NCBI GenBank assembly: GCA_051294375.1 | Contig: CM119266.1 | Location: forward strand, 8,456,606 to 8,520,605 | Source of the DNA: Paraspadella gotoi | Taxonomy: Eukaryota > Animalia > Chaetognatha | Reading direction: 5' to 3' | DNA length: 64,000 bases | In this document: positions 49,906-61,400 of the stretch, piece by piece | How positions within the stretch are numbered: the stretch's first letter is position 1 | Layout: each line of letters begins with the position of its first letter | Notes under the pieces: generated by a model | Databases searched by the model: none | What the model saw: only the letters and a program-made list of their open reading frames with translations | Told to the model about the DNA's origin: nothing | Program-made: the position numbers and the translations under genes

Positions 49906-52370
49906 TTTACTAAACATTCCACATATGCTCATGAGCAACATAAAGGACACCCTTTGACCCTTTCATAACCTGACCTTGTTTATCTTTCAATGCATTAAAT
50001 TAAACTATCATAAATCTCATTTTTTCAACCCTACTAAAATATGCCAAACTTGGTTCCCTGTCTCAAAATGAGGTGCTCTAGACCTTATCCTTGCCCCTCT
50101 GCCTTCCTCTCTTCTTCCTCTACTAACCTTTCTTTGACTAAGCCAAATGATCTCATTAAAATAGATCCCTTACATTCGAATTCACTTTCTATCCTTTCTT
50201 TCTCTTTTCAAACCTCTAATAATCCTACTTCTCTCAATCTCTTTCTCCTTGCATAATCTATAGTAACACTGCGCAAAACAGATTTGCCACAGTCCCACCA
50301 TTCCCCTATATTCTCAAACTCACCCTTAACCTTGTCTGAATCTTTCCCATGTCTCCCTAACAAGTTGAATATATTCAATATCAAGTAACAAGAAACATTA
50401 AATTCCAATATCCACAACCTATTTTTAATTTTTCTTTAATTCGACCTTTAACATTTTATGTCATAATTTACCCAGGGACAAGCCTGAGAAGTGATTTACC
50501 CACTTCCCCTGCTTCGTCATATCGGGCATAAACTCCTATCATCCTACTTTCATTATCCCCAGCCCATTTAAAAAGTAAATCCGATATCATCACCATTTAA
50601 TAATCTAACACATCTTGCAGTCCCAACTTCCTCTTTCACATTCTCAAAAACCGGAATAAGAACCTGATCAATCTCGTTAAAGACTGGCTACTCCTATCCT
50701 TCCTTCCTCACAAAATTGAATCACCAATCACAACATTAGAACAGGAATCATCAATTCACCTCACTCAATTTTCTATCCACATTCTACCATCTACACCACC
50801 AGTTGTACCATAAATTAAAACATAATTTACAATCCTAGCAAAGACTTTATTCTTTTAACTTAACTGACATAACTCTACCATCAAGCTCTCACAGTACCAA
50901 TCACCTCCCAATCATTTGAAATAACACACAGAATCCAGCATACTCATCACCACAGTAGCAGGAGTATGCAACAACTTATGTTTAACTCCATGTCTTTTAC
51001 AGCCTGACACAGATCCACATCTTGCTTACAATGTGTTTCCTGAATAACATCAAGCTATCCCCTATCTGCATTCAACACACTCAGTAACCAATCACCCTTT
51101 TTCTGCCCTGTATCACCTTTTAACCCCCACTATTCCAAGTTACAACCCTGTAACAACATTATCCCCAAGATCAGCTACATTCCTTGCCACCGCCATCAAA
51201 ACAATTTTTATTTTTAATCTCTTAATTTTAAATTTTACTTCTTAATTTTTGATCCTAGAAACAGTTTATCGAAAAAATCAAAAAAATGCATGAAATTTTG
51301 AATTTTAAAAAACCTAAAAATATTTTTCTAATCCAAAAAATGAATGAAATTTTGAATTTCAAAAAGCCTAAAAAATATTTTTTAAGTCAATTGTAGTCCT
51401 CTAGATTCTTTTCTAATGATATATTTTAATTCAATGAAAAATAAAGAATAAAAGAATAAAAAGCCTACACTAATGATCTAATTAAATTCAATGAAAAATA
51501 AAAGAACAAAAAGCCAGACCACTAATGTTTCGTTTTTAGTTTCCCACTATTAAGAAAGAGTCACCTTTTTTCACTCAATGACGATTCTTGCTCTTCCAGC
51601 TGAAGGTTGAGCTCGACCTGTCCTCGAAACTCCGCTATACCAAGTCGTGCATGCTGAGACAAACGAGGGTCTCGCAGGAGTTGTGTTGTTGTTGTCGATG
51701 GTTGTAGTTGCTCTCCTCTCCTCTCCTCTCCAGTAGCTGGTCCGGAAAGTCTTGGCCGTTTGATCTCGACACCAAGTCCAACCGTATTCACTCTTGGAGT
51801 ACCCATGTCAACCATCAACGTCAACAAAGGAAGAATCATCCTCCTCCTCCTCTTCCTCTCCAGCTGGCCGACTCACCAGGGGACACGACAACATCCAGAG
51901 GTGACACCTTCCTCGCTCATGATCCGTGTACATCTATAACACCCCACTTGTAGTGGTTATTGAATATGCGAGAGTAGGGCGTCGTGCCGGCTCCACACTT
52001 CAAAAATCTTGATCCCCGTCTCTTCCTCCACCACGCGACTAACCTCTCCCAACACCTTCATTGTCCCTCATTCTGGAAGTGGACTCCACATCCACTAAAT
52101 CTCGAGAAGGGTCCACTCCAGCCTCTCCAACGAATCCATCCACTACCACTCTCCTCGCCACCTTCCTCATCGCCGACCTCACCATCAACAGTGTGACGCA
52201 CATCTGTCCCTTCTTCTGCAGCACCAACAGTAGGATCAACCAGGTAGACCTTTTCCCAGCCCCCACATATGGCGTCCAACACTTTAGTGAGCTCACACAC
52301 TGGTGACGTACGTGTTCCTTGGACTCTTCCATTGCGCCCATAGTCCACATTAGCTGCCAGCTGGACAACA
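49906..52370 (-). mobile_element. 5' part of a Tx1/L1-clade LINE: ORF1 with a CCHC-like knuckle, and ORF2 AP-endonuclease plus linker (frameshifted)
   Basis: Minus-strand peptides: VVTWNSGG (~51125-51147), IQETH (~51031-51045), DGRVMSVKLK, GCGYW.FNVS, GEWWDCGKSVLRSVTIDY (ORF 50208-50417), EERKAEG/ARIRSRA..FE.G....YF, and CYRC near 51935. Confidence 0.75.
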
Positions 52371-52371
52371 A

Positions 52372-52979
52372 TTAAAGAATAAAAGAAAATAAAAGAAAGG
52401 CAAAAAATGTTACAATGGTTTACAATTGGAAATTTTTCCAATTTTTTCCAATCGCAGTTGTAAAAGATTTTATTTTTATTTGTATTAAAATTAAGATATA
52501 GCTTCTCATTAAAAAGTTATTTTGAGTTCCCATTTTTATTAGAGATTTAAAAAAATTTTTTGAATTTCATCTTCAATATTTATACTGCAATATGTAAATT
52601 AGATTAAGCATTTCTATATACTAATTTGGATATGATAATGAGTACTATAATCTATTTGCATATTGCAGTAAATATAATGAAGTGGAATTCAAAAAAAAAT
52701 ACTTAAATCCAAATGTTAATAAAATATCAAAGCTATTTCAAGATGAGAATCCATATCTAAATTTTAACTTACTATGAATGCACACTTTTGTAAAACTTTA
52801 TCATAATTCATAATAATTTTTATTTAAAAAAAAAACGGTAAGTCACAGCCAAACCTATAAAAGCGTAGTAGTTTTTATTTAAAAACAGCGTGACGGCCGC
52901 GACGACGACGACGACGACGACGCCGTCGACGACGACGACGACGACTACTGTCACAAAGAAGCTCACCGAATCAATATCA
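52372..52979 (-). repeat. Inverted copy of 35665-36280
   Basis: Reverse-complement identity, e.g. gaatcaatatca versus tgatattgattc. Confidence 0.9.
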
Positions 52980-55900
52980 AGCCTGAACCGGCTTCGCCGG
53001 TCATGGCTTGATAATTACCAATCATTCAACTAACAATTCGTTCAAATAAACCATCATCAACGCAACAAATTTTAAATTGACCAATCCTCCCACTATCCAA
53101 TCCGTCAATCAATCTATTTATAAAATATATTAATCTTAACATCAAAACTTGGAAATCAACCAATCTTTCATAAAAATCATACCTAGTTATCTAATCAATC
53201 AAATCAACCAATCAACCAACCAACCAATCAAATCATTTTCTAAAACTAAACCCAATAGGAGCGTCGCCGCCTCCGCCAGACCTACGGCTCCCACGATTGC
53301 CCTGAGGCGGAGGCGAATCTGAAGGATCTCATCGACTCCTTCGTCGCCGCCGGAGATTTGGAGTCGGGACCCACGACGGTGATCGGCGCCGTGGGGAGCG
53401 TCAAGGCGCCGCTAGATTTTGACGGGGTGTTGGTACCGGCCGCTGGGGGTGGTGGCGGGACTGGAGGAGGGTCGATGCCCGCCAGCCCGCACGGCACGCC
53501 TAGGTGGGTCTACGAGTAGTTTCATCCTTGTGGGAAAAGTAATATTGGCAAAGAAAATTTGATAAAATACTATTTAAGTTTAACGTTAAAAAAATTCATT
53601 GATTACTCTCATTTTTCCGGGTCATAACATATTGCAAATTGATTTTGTTAAAGAAAACGCAAGGCCCGCTCCTCCTCGCGCAAATTCAAATCGGAAATTC
53701 GCAGACAAAAGATGAGAGTCGCGAGTTCGACGACAGATGTCGCTGGACGATCGAGTAGATACGGCAGTACAGCGACGTCTGCTGATGAATGTAATGAGGA
53801 CAGGGAGAACCGTCGGCATGCTGAAAAGACAAAGAGAGCTCATACTGACGGAGCAAGAAGTCCAATACAGCAGATCGTCGTAGGACCCAAGCGTAAGGAA
53901 TGAATGCTCTCTATAAAATAAATAAATGATTCGGTATCTTTAGTTTTGTTTCCAATTGTTGCAGGCCTTCAACCCGGAGAGGATCGTCCGCGAGAGTTCG
54001 AAAGACGGCGGCGACGAATCCTCCTTCGATTCGAGTCTCGATTCGACGCTCGACTCTTCATTCGAAGACCCGGGGCGTCAAGAGGAATTCCTGCAGGTTT
54101 GTTTTCTATTTTGTTTTGTAATTCATGGCTCTGTTTTGTTTTTGTAATTCGTTGATGTCATATTGTATCAGTTTAGGAGTTCGTTGGTCCGTTTTTGAGT
54201 TCGTGGATTTTTTTTTTTTTTGTATAATGTAGCCAATTACCTCGGCATCCCTCAACCAGGTCGTGGCTCAACTGGAGAGCGCCTACTCTCGACGCGCCGC
54301 CTCCTCTCGCGAAGACGTCTCCGTCGGCGGCGCCAAATCTCCGCGGAAACGATCGTCGATCACCTACGACGACCTCAACGCCCTCGGCGCCGCTTTCCGC
54401 GACCCTTGCGCCAAAAGGCTCCTCAAGGTGTGCTCTCTCTATTAAATAATTTAAATTTTATAGCTGGTTTTTACTGGTGAGCTGGCTTTTACTTTGTCAT
54501 AGACATAGAAAATCATAATTTTATTTTGAATAAAAAATTTACATTCGTTAAATAAGTACAATTTAGTTTACTTACTTTGGAGTTTGGACAATATTAGATA
54601 ACATTGTTAGATCCTCTAAGATTTTAATGAGATTCTCTGACAATAAAGTTTAATAACTTGGCTTTAATGATATATATATATATATATATACTTTAAAGTT
54701 AATTTTAAAATAATAAAATAAATAACTAAATTATAAATTCGTCTCTGTGACTTTCTGTCCCTTAGTCGCCGCCTCAACGGACGATCTCAGCCTTCCATCC
54801 ACCAAAGTATCACGCGTCGCAGAAAGAGTCAATTCGTCCCGAGATCTCCGCGCCGGCCACTCCAACGCTTCGTCGAGGGATCTTCGCGCCGGCCATCCCA
54901 ACGCTTCGTCCAGAGACCTGAGAGACAAACAGCCCAATATTGTTTTTTATTTTAAACCGGAAACGGTCTTCGATAACAACAACGACCACGATGACGAAAA
55001 AGAAAACAACGACCTTATTCGTATCTCCGTCACGACCGACGAAGGCGGCCGACCCACGACCGACAATGCCCGACAACACCCCCTCCCCTGGCCCTCAAAC
55101 AACGATAACGAGATCGATCCTGTCGTCAGTTGGTCTTCAAAAAACGACAACTTTGTCGGTCGGAACGAAATCCCGTCGGTTTGCGACGCCAACGGAAATC
55201 AACCGCCAACGATTTGCGAGGATCGGGTAAGATTTTGTAATATTATTATTAGTATTAGTAATATGTAATAGTACATATTAAGTTTGTCAATGCCACGAAA
55301 CTTGGTTCAGGTAATCAGGATGTTATTGCCCGACTACTTATGATACTTAGAACAGTTGATGTGTGATCATTGATGAGGGAAGCGTTCTTTACACTTTTCA
55401 TTCTTCAAATTTTGTGAATAAAATTTTCAACAATAAGAATTAGAACCAAGTAGTGCTTCTACTTCAAATGATACTTACATTAATTTTGTTAAATATAAGT
55501 TAATAGTCCGTACGTTTCTCCGGAGCATATTAATAATTAAATGTTACGTTAACAAAAGAAATAATATTTCTTTTCCCCGATTCTCAAAATATTTCCATCT
55601 TTATTTCTATAATCAAGTATTTTATGTTAATTCCCCAGATTTCTGAGATGTCAATATTGTATCAGTTTAGAGTTCGTTGGTCCGTTTTTGAGTTCGTGGA
55701 TTTGTTTTTTTTTTTGTATAATGTAGCCAATTACCTCGGCATCCCTCAACCAGGTCGTGGCTCAACTGGAGAGCGCCTACTCTCGACGCGCCGCCTCCTC
55801 TCGCGAAGACGTCTCCGTCGGCGGCGCCAAATCTCCGCGGAAACGATCGTCGATCACCTACGACGACCTCAACGCCCTCGGCGCCGCTTTCCGCGACCCT

Positions 55901-58900
55901 TGCGCCAAAAGGCTCCTCAAGGTGTGCTCTCTCTATTAAATAATTTAAATTTTATAGCTGGTTTTTACTGGTGAGGCTGGCTTTTACTTAGTCATAGACA
56001 TAGAAAATCATAATTTTATTTTGAATAAAAAATTTACATTCGTTAATAAGTACAATTTAGTTTACTTACTTTGGAGTTTGGACAATATTAGATAACATTG
56101 TTAGATCCTCTAAGATTTTAATGAGATTCTCTGACAATAAAGTTTAATAACTTGGCTTTAATGATATATATATATATATTATATTACTTTAAAGTTAATT
56201 TTAAAATAATAAAATAAATAACTAAATTATAAATTCGTCTCTGTGACTTTCTGTCCCTTAGTCGCCGCCTCAACGGACGATCTCAGCCTTCCATCCACCA
56301 AAGTATCACGCGTCGCAGAAAGAGTCAATTCGTCCCGAGATCTCCGCGCCGGCCACTCCAACGCTTCGTCGAGGGATCTTCGCGCCGGCCATCCCAACGC
56401 TTCGTCCAGAGACCTGAGAGACAAACAGCCCAATATTGTTTTTTATTTTAAACCGGAAACGGTCTTCGATAACAACAACGACCACGATGACGAAAAAGAA
56501 AACAACGACCTTATTCGTATCTCCGTCACGACCGACGAAGCGGCCGACCCACGACCGACAATGCCCGACAACACCCCCTCCCTGGCCCTCAAACAACGAT
56601 AACGAGATCGATCCTGTCGTCAGTTGGTCTTCAAAAAACGACAACTTTGTCGGTCGGAACGAAATCCCGTCGGTTTGCGACGCCAACGGAAATCAACCGC
56701 CAACGATTTGCGAGGATCGGGTAAGATTTTGTAATATTATTATTAGTATTAGTAATATGTAATAGTACATATTAAGTTTGTCAATGCCACGAAACTTGGT
56801 TCAGGTAATCAGGATGTTATTGCCCGACTACTTATGATACTTAGAACAGTTGATGTGTGATCATTGATGAGGGAAGCGTTCTTTACACTTTTCATTCTTC
56901 AAATTTTGTGAATAAAATTTTCAACAATAAGAATTAGAACCAAGTAGTGCTTCTACTTCAAATGATACTTACATTAATTTTGTTAAATATAAGTTAATAG
57001 TCCGTACGTTTCTCCGGAGCATATTAATAATTAAATGTTACGTTAACAAAAGAAATAATATTTCTTTTCCCCGATTCTCAAAATATTTCCATCTTTATTT
57101 CTATANNNNNNNNNNNNNNNNNNNNNNNNNTAATCAAGTATTTTATGTTAATTCCCCAGATTTCTGAGAAATCTTCTCCGATCATCTCTTCTCAATCTCA
57201 CGTCCGTCGACCTCTTCCACAGTCCATCTCTTCGTTCAGCAATATTCTAGAAGTCAGCTCGCCAGGTTTGTCATTTCCCAGTCTGTTGTTGCCCGGTTTA
57301 TGGTTGCCCTCTCTCTCATCGTTATTTCTGTTGTTGCCATTTCTGTGTATGCGTCAGTTGTCAATTAGACAGACTGACAGAATTAATCATTTTGATATGA
57401 ATTTTGGGGAAAAAAAGGAAGCCCACCGGGCGTCGAGGGCAGCGGCCGAGATTCTCCGGCAGCGGCGTCGGCGGCGTCAGCGGCGTCGGCCCCGGGCGGA
57501 CTCTACGCAGCGGCGTCGGCGTCCTTCCACGCCCTCTGCTCCAAGTGACGGTCCGGGGATGAAGGGCGATACGTGGGTTTTCTCTGCTGCTTCTTCGCCT
57601 TCGAGAATTTCGGTCGGAGGCCAAAAAACAAAAGACGCGATCCCAACAACTCAGGACAAAAGAGCAACGGGGATTGAAACGATAAACTTTTTTTATACTT
57701 TGTTAAAAAAATTAAGTTGACTTAGTAAAAGATGTAAATGAAAACTTAGTAGAAAAGTTTTTTCTGTTTTTTTTTTTTTTTTTTACAAATTTTAAGCAGC
57801 ATAAGTTTTTCTAGATATACATCCCCTTTTCTTATTATTAACATTCTGTTCAATGAGCTTCTTTGATCAGTTTTACTCTAAAACCAAATTTAATATGATC
57901 ATGAAAAGTTAGTGTAATACTTTATATCACTTTGAAAACAGTTGATCGATTCTTGTTGAAAATGTTACAATGGTTGTTTGATAAATAGATTTTTAATTTA
58001 ACATATCAACTATTTTTAGTAATCGAGAGATTTAAATGTTGATTTGAAATAGAATATAATTAAATTATCCAAGCACAAAAAAATCTGTTAAAACTTTACT
58101 CTGCATGAGTTATAAAAAGACAAAGTTTCAAAGTCTATTATTTTCTACTATCTCTACATTTTCTCAAAACTATTGCTATCTATTGCAAAAAGCAATCTTG
58201 TGGTTGTTACTCTTTGTTTTTTTTTCGTGCTTCAATTCTATAAATACAGAATTTTAAAAAAATATACTTTATAAAAATATTAAAAAAATATTTTTTAAAA
58301 AAATGTTTAAAAAGACAAAATTTCTTTTTAAACTGAAAAATTTTCTTGTGTATGATTATTTTAATTATAAAATTAAAACAGCTAAAAAGATATTTGTTAA
58401 AGGAAAATAATTGATTTTATTGTTTTTAGGGAACTAAAAATACAAACAAAACAATAAAAAACGAAGAGTGATGATCCAAAACTGCATGTGATTTTTTTTT
58501 AAAAAAGAAGCTTTTGACGGTTCATGAGAGCATGTGTCAGAACCCGAGCATCGCCCTTCATCCGAGCAACCATGGATTATGTTTATGGTTACTGTCAAAA
58601 TGTACTTTGCTTACATAATAAGAACATAATGTACTTATGAGGCTTGTACCAGTATGTTTAGATCTGAAGCGAAGGATGAGTATTTTGTGAGAAAAAAAAT
58701 TGAATCATGTTTTAAAAGTCTTTCAGTATTTAGAAATGGTAGTGACCGAAAAGTAAAGCTATGATTACTTTAAAATAGATTTAAGCATTTGGATTACGAT
58801 TTGAATACTGGATTTAATAACAACATACACAGAGTCATTTACATCCTTCTTGTTTTATCAGCCCGGAACATCTCGATCAGAAAGTCTTTTCCTGTACCTG

Positions 58901-60785
58901 GTTTCATAATAGCCTTTTACAGAAGTTTTATCGGGGCTTTTGTTGTATGTCTCACATTGTAGTTTTTGATACTCCATGTTATACAGTAAGCTTTTTGCTT
59001 ATCGCATTTTTATAGCTCATTTTAAAGTGTGTTAACTGTTGTAGAAAGTACCACCAATGTTATTTCCGATTAAGGATTATAATTACATCTTTTTAATATT
59101 AATACATAGACTATCAGGCAAAACGTTTCAAAATTACCTGCGTTACCTGAATTTGTTTTGCTATTTATTAGTTTTTTAGCTAACGCACAACGTAAAAATA
59201 CTACTTTAAAAAATTTAATTACTTTTTATCAAAGCAGTCAGTTAATTTTTATATTTTTAGGTTAACTATTCTAACACTTTTTTAATATTTAACATAAATT
59301 AGTACTTTTTTGCCTTGATTTTCTATTTGCTTTTTTTAGCTTATTACTTTTCTATTCTTTAATAGGGAAAATTTTTATCACAATAAAGTGATTGCTCCAA
59401 AAAAAAATTTCTGAAATAACTGAGAAAAATGTAGGTAGGCTTGCTAATCTCATTATATGTGTTGTAAGCATAATATTACAGAATCAGGTTCATAAGTCTA
59501 TAAATCAAAATTTAATTGCAATGATTTATTCAAAAAATTTGAATAAATGCTATTTTTTTAATGCTGTCGGTAACTAACCATCTTCATTGGACAACATAAT
59601 AACTATTACCCAGAGATACTCTCTGCCACAAGCTTTATGAGAATAGTAGCTCTAATTTCAAATAAAAGAGATATTTTACCAAAAAATATAAATCATTCTT
59701 GTTGCACTATAATTAAATTCAAAAATTGTAAAACCAGAACCAAATAAAAATTTGAATAGTGCATTTTTTTTACTTTTATATTGTTCACATTTTGTAACAG
59801 TGTGCAACTTGTATGTGCCTGAATACCGATAAAACTCAACTCTTCCATTTTTACCTACATAAATAATAATGAACCTGCTTTTTGTAAACCATTACAAAAT
59901 ATTACATTGGCAAATGTTAAATGTACAGTCACTGGCTTAATAGATGTGTCTTTTTTCTCCAATTGTTCTGATTTAATGAGTTCAAAGTTAGAATTAAAAA
60001 CTTACAAATAAAATTATTAACTCTGAGAGATAATTTGCTATTGGACCAACAACATCTATGTACTTACCTTCATTGGCACTTCCTTAATTTTTTTAAAGAA
60101 TAAAATCTTTTGATATCAAACATTTTATTTGCAAAAGTAACAATAACAGTACAATAGTTTTTTCCCACAACACTACTCAAAATTGACGAAATAATAACAA
60201 AATGATTTTTTTTCGGAAAGTAGCGTTCAGTAAGAGACATATATTTCAGTTATAAAAGGAACCATAGCACGAAGGTTGACCTTAAAGCACCGCGTGTTAT
60301 TGTTTATCTGTAAAGCTCCTTCTAATCTAAGAAAAAATCAGTAAAATACTATCTTCATCGTTACTACTCATTCTAAATTTTCGTAACATAGTGCCGGTTG
60401 AGAACCGCAGGAAGATATAGCGGTTCTGCCAGATAAATTAAAAAGTAAATGCACTTGAGGATTAACAGTTCTTTACAGATGTTCATGAAAAAATATTTTT
60501 AACAAATTAAAGTCATCATATAGTTTTAATTTTGAGGGTTATTGTACTGATAAACTGAATTTTTCTATTCTAATTATTCAAATTAGTTTTTACTGCATCA
60601 TTGTCTTTTGTTAATATTACTGGAATGCTATACAAAAAGTTGAATAACCTTTTCTATTTGTCTGTCTCTTTTATTTTCATTTTTGTTTTTAAAAAAAAAC
60701 TTTCATGAAAATTCAATTTCAATTTCCGTGGACGCCGACGCTAAACCGTAGACAACTACGATTGACGTCATCAGTAACTTCGCGA

Positions 60786-60869
<84 letters not shown>

Positions 60870-61400
60870 CGTAATCCGCCTCTAGATCTCTCGCGAGAGC
60901 GAAGTTGTTCGGGCGCGGTCGTCGGCATTTTCCCCGCGGCGACGACGACAACGACGACGACGCCGCCGCCGAAGATTTTCGTCGCCGTTCGTCGTCGCGT
61001 CGATGTTTCGTCGTCGCGATCGTCGTCGCGGCGACGTCGTCGTCTTCGTCGTCGTCGTTGTGCACGGAGCGCGAGCGGCGATCCGTGTGCATGAGGCGAC
61101 GGCGGCGACGAAGGCGGGACGAAGCGACGCGCTCGGCGGACCTTTCGCGGTTGTATTCAAAGTCTAGCGGTCGGCCGCGGTCGCGCGCGTGGTCGCGCGT
61201 CTGATGACGTGGTTCCGTAGGAGTAGAGTGGTCGCGACGGTGGGTTTGACGCTTGGCACGCTTGGAACGGGCGTCCAATGAATCGTCAAAGGAACGGTTA
61301 CGGGTTCGAGCGTCTACATAGCCGTGCAGTAACGAGCGGTTCTTCTCTTTGCTGTGATCGCGACTGTTACTGTGGTAACGACTTTTGTGGCGAGTGGCAT
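52976..61400 (+). repeat. Near-identical duplicate of 43007-49880 (DUSP exon 5 and tail exons, intergenic DNA, end of the minus-strand gene), with an extra internal copy at 55646-57105
   Basis: Identical ORFs recur (43319/53282; 44706/54731/56227; 49144/60705). Differences are mostly 1-nt indels and the blocks are flanked by N-gaps, so this is likely an uncollapsed haplotype. Confidence 0.92.

Noticed and set aside
52976-61400. A second, paralogous DUSP gene
   Set aside because: It lacks exons 1-4, is near-identical including introns and intergenic DNA, and is bounded by gaps, which fits an uncollapsed haplotype.
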